The notes under the pieces were generated by a model that was given only the letters and a program-made list of their open reading frames with translations, searched no databases and had not been told where the DNA came from. This document shows positions 1-12,160 of a stretch of 64,000 nt of DNA, in pieces. This DNA comes from Mustelus asterias (lineage: Eukaryota): positions 620,001-684,000 of the forward strand of contig NW_027590186.1 of assembly GCF_964213995.1 (NCBI RefSeq), read 5' to 3'. A program made the translations under genes and the position numbers. Each line of letters opens with the position of its first letter. The first letter of the stretch is position 1.

Positions 1-236
1 GGTGAACCAGACAGAACAGTCAGTGGCTGCATAAAGCAGGACGGCGTGGATGTTACACACGGGGACCCAGCGCAGGAAATAAAACTGTTCCCGATAAACT
101 ATGGGAATGTGTCTCAATATCAGGTCGAGGATAACGACCAGCAGATCCCCCACTGACATGGCCACCAGGTAACGAGTGACACATTTGGACAGACCACAGT
201 TTCTGCTCATCAGTGTCACAATTGTGATGATGTTCG
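1..236 (-). CDS. GPR139/GPR142-like class A GPCR, exon 2 (partial, continues beyond window start)
   Basis: Not in the ORF track. Minus strand after the acceptor ttccttcctgacag| reads (A)NIITIVTLMSRNCGLSKCVTRYLVAMSVGDLLVVILDLILRHIPIVYREQFYFLRWVPVCNIHAVLLYAATDCSVWFT with no stop, covering the end of TM1 (N1.50), TM2 (D2.50) and TM3. Phase 1 matches exon 1. Confidence 0.88.
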
Positions 237-379
237 CTGTCAGGAAGGAAATGAAGAAAGAAATTACATATGATTCAGGGGAAGAAATTACCATTTAGAC
301 TGAGGAAGGGTTAAAATTAAAAAAGAAAATGTACACACACATAGAAGAATAAAATCTATTATTTTTAAATCCAGCACGT

Positions 380-545
380 CTTTTATGGTGTGAGAGGAAA
401 GTGGAGCATCCGGAAGAAACCCACGCAGACACGGGGAGAAGGTCCAAACACCATACAGACAGTGATCCTAGCCTGGAACTGAACCAAGGTCCCTGATGCT
501 GAGAGTCAGCAGGGCTACCCACTGTGTCACCATGCTGCTCCATGG
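380..545 (-). mobile_element. HE1-type (V-SINE) tRNA-derived SINE fragment
   Basis: Reverse complement contains gtgtctgcgtgggtttcttccggatgctcc, the V-SINE core, plus a tRNA-like head. Confidence 0.75.
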
Positions 546-1179
546 TAGCGAAACAATGGTATACATTTGAGTGAGACTTTTCTGGGGAGTCCACAACGTT
601 GACCCTCACTCAGCTACAGGTAAATAGCCCCTCTACCTCGTGGGGGATTTGGAGGGTAAGAACGCAGTAAATGCGGAGTGGAATCATGTAGGTTGTCATC
701 TGTCATCTTTCAGACAGCTTACTGACAACACCTGCAGCAGAGCTGGTACCAAACAGTGCTGTTTTCACCCTTTGCTCTGGCCAATATTAACATTTGGCAG
801 AGGGAAGTCCTGATGCCTCAACAGTTCCAACACTATTATACTTGCACAGCACTGTGCCCTGGAGAGGAGACCATAGCATTGTGGTCACCATTCGCACAAC
901 ACAGGAAGAAATAGTAATCTCAAACTCGATTGGCACACAACACGAGTACCAGGGTTTGCATTTAACAGGGGGATAAAACTTCAGGGTTCAGTGCATAGCT
1001 ACCGTCCTCAGTGCCCAGTGCGTTTGCTGCTCTCCAACTATGGCCTACAGGACCACTGAAGCTTAGTGAGTCCTCTCTCAGTCGGAAAGCTGCTCATCTG
1101 AGCACGAGGTAATAAAAACGCAAACCAAGGCCGGTACCAAAAAAAAGCCAAGCAGGCTGCCTTAATGACTGTCGTCCAG

Positions 1180-2795
1180 TGATTCTGACATTTAGTATTA
1201 TGAAATGCATCAAAAAGTTAGTCATGGCATGAATCAATTCCAGCCTCCCAGATTGCCTGGTCCACTACAGTTCACCTACCTCGACAACAGGTCCACAGAC
1301 ACCATCTCCCTGGAACTACAGTTAACCCTGTTACACGGACTCCAGTTTATCGACTACAGCTCAGCATTTAACACCATTATTCCTACGGAAATCATGTGCA
1401 AAATCCGTGTCCGTGGGTTCGGCTCCTGCCTATGCAATTTGATCCTGAACTATCTGCAGCGCAGACAGCAATAAATAAGGGCAGTCAACAACACCTCCTC
1501 CACAATCATCCTCAACGGTGCCCCACAAGGCTGCGTCCTCAGCTCCTTACGATACTCCATATAAGCCAATGACTGTGTGGCCAAATTCCCCTCCAACTCG
1601 ATTTCCAAGTTCGCTGATGACACCACTGCAGTGGGTCGGATCTCAAACAACAATGAGATCGAGAACAGGGAAGAGATAGAGAATCTGCTGAACTGGCGCG
1701 CCCACAATAATCTCTTCCTCAATGTCAACAAAGCAAAGGAGATAGTCATCGACTTCAGGAAGCAGAGTGGAGTACATGCCCCTGTCTACAGCAATGGGAT
1801 GAAGTTGAAATGGTCGAGATCATCAAGTTTTCATGTGTCCAGATCACCAGCAACCTGTTCCGGCCCCTCCACGACGATCCTATAATGAAGAAAGCCGACC
1901 AACGCCTCTACTTCCTCAGAGGTCTGAGGACAATTGGCATGTCAGTTACGATTCTCCCCAACTTATAGGGATGCACCATAGAAAACATCATTTCTGGTTG
2001 TATCACAGCTTGGTATGACCCCTGCTCTGTTCAAAACCGCAAGAAACTTCAAAGCTTCATGAATGGAACACAGTCCATCACTCAAAACTCCAATTTGCAC
2101 TGTCTACATTTCCCGCTGCCTCGGAATAGCAGCCAGACTTATTAAGGACCCCACGCACCAGGAGATAAACACTTGCAACTTGTTCCATCGGAAACAAAGA
2201 TGAAAAATCTGAGGACGTATGCCAACTGACAGAGAAATATAGGAATATTACAGTGCATAAGAAGGCCATTCTGCCCATTGAGTCTGCACCAACAACTATC
2301 CCACACATGTCCTATCTCCTAATTCCCACATATGTACCCTGCTAATCCCTCTAACATATATATCCCGGGACCCTAATGGGCAATTTAGCATAGCCCATCA
2401 ACTTAACCTACATATCTTTGGACTGTGGTTGGAAACCAGAGCATCCAGAGGAAACCCACACAGACCGATGAAGAATGTACAAATTCCGCACAGACATTGA
2501 TCCAAGCTGGGAATAGAACTCAGGTCCCTGTGAGACAACAGTGCTAACCATTGTGCTATCATGCTGCCACATCAAGAATAGTTTCTTCTCTGCTGCCATC
2601 AGACGTTTGAATGGACCTACATCGCATCAAGATGATCTTTTTCTACACCATAGCTATGACTGCAACATGACATTCTGCACTCTCTTCTTCTCTCTGCACG
2701 GTATGCTTTTTCTGTATAGCACTCAAGGAACAACATTTTTCACTGTATGATAACACATGTGAAAATAATCAATCAAATCAAGTCAAATCAAATCA
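1180..2795 (+). mobile_element. Rex1/Babar-type LINE 3' half, degraded, interrupted by a SINE at ~2235-2567
   Basis: RT fragments [11 protein letters not shown] and KFADDTTAVGRISNN...LNVNKAKEIVIDFRK; (aaatc)n tail at ~2770-2795. Confidence 0.8.
2235..2567 (-). mobile_element. HE1-type SINE
   Basis: V-SINE core and a CR1-like 3' end on the minus strand. Confidence 0.75.
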
Positions 2796-3199
2796 GTCAT
2801 TCACATCACAAGCTGAAACATCAGCACGATGTGCCCTGGCCTTACCAATTACGTTATTGGTTGATGATGTACACGGGACTGCTGTGATCAAGAATGAATT
2901 TACAAGGCTCAATGTAGACACTGGGGAGCTGAGAGAAACTGGACTTACTCAAAATTGATTCTTTCCAGAGAAACACCCCATGTTCTTGTAACAGGAGACA
3001 TCCCAACAGGCAATATGTGAGAATGGAGCTGGTTTCAAAGTAAAAATAACTTCACTCGTGATGATGGAATCCCCAGGATTGAACCAGGGTTCCTGATTCT
3101 GTGAGGCAGCAGTGCTAACCATTGTGCCATGTGCCATAGTGACACCCAACAAGGTGTCCTGGAGACATCCAAGATCACGCCCAAGACATCATCATCACC

Positions 3200-4860
3200 A
3201 GATCCGTGGGAGGGAAATGAGCGGAAAACTATCTGAGGTACAGAATTCATCTCCACTTCGAGAGGTAAGGATTTATGAATAATAGTCAGCATGGCTTTGT
3301 CAGGGGGAGAGCACTTTTAACAATTTGCTGGAATATATTGACGACGTGACTGGATGAGAAGATCAGTGAAGTGCAGTCGACCTAGCCTCCATGGACTTCA
3401 GATAAGCGTTTGACTAATTCCAGATGGGAGAGTGAACAAGAAAGTGATAGCTGATGGGATCGAGGGCAATTTGGTAAATTACATTCCAAATTGAGTGGCA
3501 GGAGGCAGAGGGTAATGGTCGAAGTTTGCTTTTGTGATTGCAAGCTTGTGTCCACTGGGGTTCCACAGGGATCGATGCTGGGTCCCTTGCTGTTTGTGGT
3601 GCACATTGATGATCGATAGAGGAATGTTTGAGGTTTGATCAATAAGGTCGCAGATGAAATGAAAAATTGGTGGTATGGTAAATATTGAGGAGGAAAGCCT
3701 TAGATTACAGGAATCATAGAATCCTACAGTGCAGAAGGAGGCCATTCGGCCTATCGAGTCGGCTCCGAGCACAATCCCAACGAGGCCCTATCCCCAAAAC
3801 ACCATTCATTCACCCTAGCGAGTCTCCCTGACACTAATGCCTATTTAGCCTAGCCAATCCACCTGACCCAAATGTCTCTGGAATGTGGGAGGAAACTGGA
3901 GCACCCAGAGGAAACCCACGCAGACACGCGGAGAATGTGAAAACTCCACACAGACAGTGACCCAAGCCAAGAATCGACCACACGTCGCTGGCGCTGTGGG
4001 CGAGCAATGCTCACAACTATGCCACCGTGCCGATGAAACGGACAGGCTGGTCTGATGGGCAAATGGAATTTAAACCTGAAAAATGTGAGGCGATGCATTT
4101 GGGACGACTAACAGGGAAAGGAAATGCACAATGAACAGTAGAGTGTGAGGAAGTGAAGAATACCAGAATGAATTTGAGCTGCATATATGAAGATCACTGA
4201 AGGTAGCAAGACAGGTAGATGAGGTGGTTAAGACGACCTTTAGCAGCTGCAGCATAGAATATAACAGCTGGGAGGTTACGATGCAAGTGTTTAAAATGCT
4301 GGTTAGACCAGAGCAAGAGGACTGTGTGCAGCTCTGGTCATCAGACTACAGGAAGGATGTAATTTCACTGGAGACAGTGGAGAGGAGACTCACCAGGATG
4401 CTGCCTGGCCTGGAGAGTTTCAGCTATGAAGAGAGGCTGGTGAGGCTAAGTTTTTTACAGAGACGGCTGGAGGGGGAGCGGGTGCAGTGGGCGGTGGTGG
4501 GGAGTGCTTTCAGGTGGCGGGACCTGAGTGATATTTACAAAATTATGTGGCACCTAGTTAGGAAGAAAATTTCCCTTTAGTAGAGGTGTCAATAACCAGA
4601 GGGGCGTGGATTTAAGGTAAAGGGCAGATTTTTGTGTGGATTTGCAGAAAAGTGTTTCGATCCACAGGGTGCTGGGATCTGCAGCTCACGGCCTGAAAGG
4701 ATGGGAGAAGCGGGAACAACCACAAGAGGCATTTAGATCAGCAATTCAAATTCCAGAGCATACAAGGCTGTGGATCGAGTGCTCGACAATGGTGTTTCAT
4801 GACCATTCAGACATAATGGGCCGAAGGGCCTCATTTTGTGCTGTTAAAACTCGATGACTG
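3200..4860 (+). mobile_element. Old CR1 LINE RT/3' fragment, with an HE1-type SINE nested at ~3710-4032 (minus)
   Basis: Degraded GVPQGS.LGPLLF and LVRPEQEDCVQLWS motifs; SINE tail gaatcatagaatcc at 3711. Confidence 0.75.
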
Positions 4861-5129
4861 TGAGACCACACTCAGCAGTGGCCCCATCGCTTTTAGCTCT
4901 CATAGCGCTGGCTCGGATACCGACCACGCACCAAACCTATGTGGTTGCAAATGTGCAATTGCAGCCAGCAGTGAGCTGCCTGGTCTGAGAGAGACATCTG
5001 TCAGCTCTCTGCTGCTGCAGCTAGCTTCAACACAGCATCTGCTCCCAGATAGTCCGGGGGCCCGCAACTCTTCGTCAGCAACCCCCAACCGGATAGCCCC
5101 ACGCCACCACCTGGACCAATCACCCCCCT

Positions 5130-6560
5130 TCCTCCACACCAATTACATGCAGAGAGGCGAGAGCCCCTCCCTACCGCACTGTCCATGCAGAGAGACTGCG
5201 AGACCCCCCCCTTCTTAACATAAGAACATAAGAACATAAGAAATAGGAGCAGGAGTAGGCCATCTAGCCCCTCGAGCCTGCCCCGCCATTCAATAAGATC
5301 ATGGCTGATCTGACGTGGATCAGTACCACTTACCCGCCTGATCCCCATAACCCTTAATTCCCTTACCGATCAGGAATCCATCCATCCGCGCTTTAAACAT
5401 ATTCAGCGAGGTAGCCTCCACCACCTCAGTGGGCAGAGAATTCCAGAGATTCACCACCCTCTGGGAGAAGAAGTTCCTCCTCAACTCTGTCTTAAACCGA
5501 CCCCCCTTTATTTTGAGGCTGTGTCCTCTAGTTTTAACTTCCTTACTAAGTGGAAAGAATCTCTCCGCCTCCACCCTATCCAGCCCCCGCATTATCTTAT
5601 AAGTCTCCATAAGATCCCCCCTCATCCTTCTAAACTCCAACGAGTACAAACCCAATCTCCTCAGCCTCTCCTCATAATCCAAACCCCTCATCTCCGGTAT
5701 CAACCTGGTGAACCTTCTCTGCACTCCCTCCAATATATCCTTCCTCATATAAGGGGACCAATACTGCACACAGTATTCCAGCTGCGGCCTCACCAATGCC
5801 CTGTACAGGTGCATCAAGACATCCCTGCTTTTATATTCTATCCCCCTCGCAATATAGGCCAACATCCCATTTGCCTTCTTGATCACCTGTTGTACCTGCA
5901 GACTGGGCTTTTGCGTCTCATGCACAAGGACCCCCAGGTCCCTTTGCACGGTAGCATGTTTTAATTTGTTTCCATTGAGATAGTAATCCCATTTGTTATT
6001 ATTCCTCCAAAGTGTATAACCTCGCATTTATCAACGTTATACTCCATTTGCCATATCCTCGCCCACTCACTCAGCCTGTCCAAATCTTAACCCTTTGTCC
6101 ATGCAGAGAGGCACCGAGGCCCCCCTTCTAAACCCACTGTGCATGTAGAGAGGAAGCGAGGCCCACTGCCTAACCCACCGTGGATGCAGAGAGGCAGCGA
6201 GGCCCCCCTCCAAAACCCACTTTGCATACAGAGAGGCAGCGAGACCACCGTCCCTAACCCACTGTCCATGCAGAGAGGCAGTGAAACCCCGTCCTTAACC
6301 AACTATGCATGCAGAGAGGCAGCGAGAGCACCCTCCCTACCCCACTGTCGATGCAGATGAGGCAGCGAGACCCCCTCCTTAACCCACTGTGCATGCAGAG
6401 AGGCAGCGAGCACCCCCCTCCTTAAACCACTGTGCATGCAGAGAGGCAGCGAGGCCCCTCCCTAACCCACTGTCCATGCAAAGAGGCAGCGAGAGCCCCT
6501 CCCGACCCCACTGTGCATGCAGAGAGGCAGCGAGGCCCACTCCCTACAGCACTGAATGCG
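5130..6560. repeat. ~42-bp GC-rich minisatellite split by a CR1 insertion
   Basis: Units like cactgtgcatgcagagaggcagcgaggcccctccctaacc at 5135-5218 and 6087-6560. Confidence 0.85.
5219..6086 (-). mobile_element. Young 5'-truncated CR1 LINE
   Basis: Open ORF2 C-terminus at 5320-6027 (LYRALVRPQLEYCVQYWSP); (ttcttatg)n tail; probable target duplication tcttaac on both sides. Confidence 0.9.
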
Positions 6561-7809
6561 TGCAGAGTGGCTGTAGGACTCACCCCCCCCCCCCCACGTG
6601 CAGTTTGGCAGCGGGTACCACCCCACCCCACCCCACAGACAGCGTGCAGAGTGACAGCGGGACCCTCTCCTCCCAACAACCATGTAAGAGTGGCGTGGGG
6701 AACAACGTACCTCACCAACCGCGTGCAGAATGGAAGCTTGAGTGTGCAGAGTGGCACAGGGCCGCCCTCCCATTGCCACTGTTTACATACAGAGCGGCAG
6801 GGCCCCCTCTCCCCCGCCACCAATAACGCGCAGAGCGGCATTGGGCCACCCTCCTGACAGGATCTCCAAGGGCCAAGCTGCCGTCAGGCCCAGTCCCTTC
6901 AGGTCCCGCCCCTGCAGGTCCCGCCCCTGCAGGCCACGGCCTGCAGGCCCCGCAACCTTCAGGCCCCCTCCTGCAGACCCCACCACCTCAGGCCCCACCC
7001 CCTTGTACTGCCCAGTGGATACTGCCCAAGGAGCACATAACTTTGCCCTCGACGTTGCCTGGTGTCCTCAATGGACTTCGTTTCTACCGACGAGGTCCTC
7101 ACAACCGTTCTCATACCCTCATATCTCCTTGTTCTATAACTCTCCTCAACGTGTTACATGCCCCAATTCGATCTACCAAATCAATCATATCACATTGATC
7201 CAAATTAAACTCCATCTGCCATTCATCAGCGCACTGTCCCAATAGACCAAGACCCCATTGCAATCACAAATAGCCTTCTTCACTATCCACTATGCCACCA
7301 ATCATGGTGTCATATGCAAACTTCCTAATCATGGCTCCTAAATTTCTATCCAAATCATTCATACCAATGTTAAATTACAGTAGAACCAGCACTGATCCTT
7401 GAGGCACACCGCTCGTTACAGACACCAGACTGAAAAATAACCTACTACAAGCACCCACTCTCCTCTGTCATCAAGCCAATTTGGTATCCGATTAGCTACC
7501 TCACCCTGGATCCCGTTAGATCTACCCTTACGCAACAACCTACCACACGGTACCTTTTCAAACGTCTTGCTAAAGTCCAACATCAGCTGCACTGCCCTCT
7601 TCTACTTGGTTGGTTACTCCTTAAAATCGGTGGGAGCCGTCATTCAATGTTTTTAAGATGGCGGTGTGAATATTATCACGGGTTGGCAAGAATGTGGGAT
7701 TGACTTTACAATCAGACCTTGAATGTTTCGAATAGCAGAGCAGGCTTGAGGGGCTGAATGGCCTACTCCTGCTTGTAATATGCATGTGTGCAAACAGTAC
7801 AAGACAGCC

Positions 7810-8515
7810 TCAATTTTGCATGTGTCCAGATCACCAATAACCTGTCCTTGATCCTCCACGACGACACTATTATTAAGAAAGCCCACCAATGCCTCTACTT
7901 TCTCAGGAGGTTAAGGAAATTTGGCATGTCCGTTACCCCCTCACCAACTTTTACAGATGCAAAATAAAAAAACATCCTTTTTGGTTGTCTCACAACTTGG
8001 TGTGGCTCCTGTGCTGTCCAAGACCGCAAGCAACTGCAAAATCCATCGCACAATCCAACCTCCCATCCATTCAATCTGGCTACATTTCCCGCTGCCTTGG
8101 AAAAGCAGCCAGCATAATCAAGGACCACAATCACATTGCACGTACTCTCTTCCACCTTCCTCCGTCGGGAAAAAAGATACATAAGTCTGGGGCCATGCAT
8201 CAACCGACCCAAGAACATCATGGACCTACCATATATTATGTTGATCTTTCTCTATATCCAAGCTATGACGATAACACTGCATTCTGCACCCCCCATATAA
8301 AAGAAAATTACTGTGGATTCTGTAATCTGAAACCAATCAGCTTTGACAAAGGATCATCTGAACTCGAAACGTCAGCGCTTTTCGCTCCGTACAGATACCT
8401 CTCAATTCTGCAACCCAGCCTTTCCTTCTCTATGAACGGCATGCTTTGTATGTAAAGTGCAAAAAAAAACAATACTTTTCACTGTGTGCTAATACATGTG
8501 ACAATAATAAATCTG
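7810..8515 (+). mobile_element. Rex1/Babar-type LINE 3' fragment
   Basis: LTNFYRC and SRCLGKAASIIKD motifs; same 3' UTR as the other copies. Confidence 0.75.
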
Positions 8516-9179
8516 TTCAAAAGTAAGTTATGGTAAACAACAATAAAAGTCTACTTTAATCCCAATGTAATACTGTGCCCAATGTTGAGCTCCGCACTTT
8601 GGAAAGGATGGAGAGACTTTGGAGAGGGTACAGAAGAGATTCACGAGAATTGTTCAGTGAGGACGGAATATACAGTGACCTGGTTGGACTAGAGAAGCTG
8701 CTTTTGTTCTCCATAGAACGGAGAAGAATATTAGGAGAGTTGATCGAGGTATTGAATATTATAAAGTGTTTAAATAAATTATATAGTGACATGGGGGGAA
8801 TTTTTTCCGTCCTGCCCATCACAGGTATCGCTGTAGACGGGACACAGACCATGTAAAGGTCCTTTGAACTCAGGCGGGATTTTCCAGATGTGGGGTAATC
8901 CGCAGAAGCGCAAACATAATGTTTCCACTGCCATTACTCCTTAAGTGGCAAATTGGGTTGTTTGTGTTTACTCTGGGGTTAGTTTTACGATCCTGCATTG
9001 TTAGGAGCAAAGGTCACTTGTTTTTGGACAGTTTTTTCCAGTGAGTTTGAGGTTTAAGTTTTAAGAGTTCTGAGCCTGCAGTTTACTTTTTAGTTTTCGC
9101 AGGGGCATCAAGCAAAAGAGAAGCTGAGGTATCTGTCTCCCTGCTCTATATGGAAAATCTGCTGATTATCTCAATAAAA

Positions 9180-9372
9180 AGTCTCACATCACGAGGGTAA
9201 AGAATTTGGAATCACGAGCGTCCTCAGAGCTACTCTTTCATCAGGAGGCTGAGGAAGGAGCACGCTCCAAATGCTCATGATTTCAAATGACCCTCTTGGT
9301 CTTTGACTGGGTATTTTGAGATATCAAACGGTGCTCACCCCAATCCATCACCGGAATCTCCACATCATGGTT
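9180..9372. mobile_element. Old degenerate Penelope-like inverted terminal fragment
   Basis: Resembles the 39187 and 59428 elements (ctgaggaaggagc...ctcc; ends ccggaatctccacatcat). Confidence 0.55.
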
Positions 9373-10139
9373 ATCTCAGGGCAACATTTCGCCTTCCGAA
9401 AGGAAATGCAGGCATCGAAACAATGCATTGCATTCAAGTGAGATTTTAATTCATTCTGTGTGAAGCTTGTGAAAAGGGTTTTGACTATGGAAGATTTTGG
9501 TTTATTGGATCAGGTTTGGTATTCAATGAAGAGTTATTTCATTATTATGGTTGCTTGCTTTCTGTTGTTTTTGTTTGTAATTGATGAAAGGTATTGTTAC
9601 TTTTCTGTCTACACGTTAATTTTATTCTTAAGAAACTTAGTTTGATAAAAGCTCTCTGATCGATTGGTGAAGCATACCTGAAGTGAAACCTATCATGCTC
9701 ATCCTAGCCAAACTCCTGATCCATAACTTATGGTTCAGGCAGTCTCCAAAAAGTATTTTGGTGTTTTTTACCTGAAACATAACAAAAGGACATGAGGGAA
9801 CTCGATGGGTTCTTACATCAATCGACAATGGTTTCGTGGCCATCATTATTGAGACTAACTTTCAATAGTAGTTTAGGTTTGTGAATTTAAATTCAAACAG
9901 TTCCTGGGATGGGGTTTGAACCTGTGCTTCAGGGCATGAGCCTAGGGTTGAGGGTCCTCCTGGCTGGCGAATTGTGATCTTTGCAATGTAAGTACCAGCA
10001 CTTGTCATTGGTGATTGAGACATTGTTGTCCTGTGACAGTTGACCCATTAAGAAGCCTAATTTTCCCATGGAAACATAGGAAATAGGAGCGGGAGGAGGC
10101 CATTCTGCCCTTAGAGCCTGTTCCACCATTCATAAGGGA

Positions 10140-10775
10140 AAAGGAGAAGAGTACAATACAGGAACATGCCCTTCAGCCCTCCAGGCCTGCGCAAATCACG
10201 ATGTCTGTCTAAACTAAAACTGTATGCACTTACGTAGTCCGTTTCCTTTCTTCCCCATTCTATTCATGTAATCGCCTAGATGCCACTTAAATGTCACGAT
10301 CATACCTGCTCCCACCATCTCCCCAGGCAGCGCGATCCTGACATTCACCACACTCCATATAAAAAGACTTACCTCGCACATCTCCTCTAAACTTTTCCCC
10401 ACGCACCTTAAACCTATCTCCATTAGTACTTGACTTTCCTACCCTCAGAAGCAGGATCTGACTATCCACTCTGTCCATGCCACTCATAATATTGCAAACC
10501 TCCATCAGGTCGCCCCTCAACCATTGTCATTCTAGTGAGAACTAACCGAGTTTATCCAAACAATCCCCAGAGCTAATAGCCTCCAGAGCAGCAACATTCT
10601 GGGAAACTCCTTCTGTACCCCCACCAAAGCATCCCCATCCTTCTTGTAGTGCAAGAATCGGAAAAGTACACAGTCTTCCAAATCAGGCCTCACTAAGGTT
10701 CTGTACAGTTGCAGCATGGCCTGTCAATGTTTATACTCAATGCCCCGACCGATGAAGTCAAGCATGTTGTTCCCT
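10140..10775 (-). mobile_element. CR1 LINE 3' fragment
   Basis: MLQLYRTLVRPDLEDCV and RGDLMEVCNIM fragments. Confidence 0.8.
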
Positions 10776-10874
10776 TGTTTGAGAAATGAAGCAGGGGTAA
10801 TCCGGGAAAAAAAATATGATGTGGCGATGCCGGCGTTGAACTGAGGTAGGCACAGAAAGAAGTCCCACATCATT

Positions 10875-12160
10875 GTTCCAGAGGAGCAGCTACAGAGGGG
10901 ATTCAAGTGAGGAAAGCTGGTCGGAAAGAAGGATTTATCACTTAATTTTTTTCTTTTCTTCGGAGTCTTTGCAAGGCAGCCGGAAGTCTAAAACCGGAAG
11001 TAGGCCCCAGTGAGACCCGGGAAGTTGTTTTTTCTGATGTCAGCCAGTGGCGTGCGGGAGGTTTAAAAAGCAGGCCGCTCCATCCAGCGGGCAGCGTTGT
11101 GAGGGGGCGGCGAGTGAGAGGGAGCAGAGTGAGACGGCTTTGGTTCAAACAGGCTTGAGTGAGAGGGAGCAGAGTGGGATGGCTTTGGCTCAAACAGGCT
11201 TCGATGTGAACAGGCAGAGGCGAGGGTAGGTTCCGGCAAGTTGTTATTGTTTCTTCAGAGTATACATAATGCCAGGCAGGACGTTGGAATGCATCTCTTC
11301 CATGATGTGGGAAGTCAGGAAGACCTCCGGGGTCCCTGACAACGACACCTGCAGGAGGTGCATCCAGCTGCAGCTCCTAACAGACCGCGTTAGGGAACTG
11401 GAGCAGGAGCTGGATGACCTCCGAATCATTCGGGAGAATGAGGAGTTTATCGATGGTAGCTTCTGCGAGGCAGTTACGCCAAAGGCACAGAGCACAGGTA
11501 ATTGGGTTACGGTCAAGCGAGGGAAAGGGGAAGGGCAGGCAGAGCGGGGTTCCCCTGTGGCCATTCCCCTCCACAACAGGTATACCAATTTGGACACTGT
11601 TGAGGGGGATGCCTTACCTGGGACAAGCTGCGGCAGCCGGATCTCTGGCACTGAGTCTTGTTCTGCAGCACAAAAGGGAGGATGGAAGAAGAGGAGAGCG
11701 GTAGTGATAGGGGACTCGTCAGTCAGAGGTAGAGACAGGAGGTTGTGGTCGTGAAAGAGACTCCCAGATGGTTTGTTGCCTCCCGGGTGCCAGCGTCAGG
11801 GATGTCTCTGATCGCATGCACAGCATTCTGAAGGGGGAGGCTGATCGTAGCCAGATGTCATGGTACACATTGGTACCAATGACGTCGGAAGGAAGAGTGA
11901 GGAGGTCCTGATGTCTGAGTATACAGAACTTTGTAGGAAGTTAAAAAGCAGGACCCCGAGGGTAGTAATCTCAGGATTGCTACCTGTGGCACGTACCAGT
12001 GAGGGTAAGAGTCGGATGCTCGGGTAGATGAACACGTGGCTGCGGAACTGGTCTAGGGGGCAGGGTTTCAGATTTCTAATTCATTGGGACCTCTTCTGGG
12101 GCAGGTGGGACCTGTACAAGAGAAACAGGTTACACCTGAACAAAAAGGGGACCAATATAC
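10875..12160 (+). mobile_element. CR1 LINE 5' end with frameshifted ORF1 (zinc knuckle, coiled coil, SGNH esterase)
   Basis: ORF 11269-11754 with TCRRCIQLQLLTDRVRELEQELDDL and VIGDS; homologous to 22579-23499. Confidence 0.85.

Noticed and set aside
6087-7245. Several overlapping 70-170 aa Cys/Pro/Arg-rich ORFs
   Set aside because: They are translations of a 42-bp minisatellite and GC-rich short repeats.
8983-9784. Possible solo LTR ending in ...ataaca
   Set aside because: No clear TG start, target duplication or second copy in the window.
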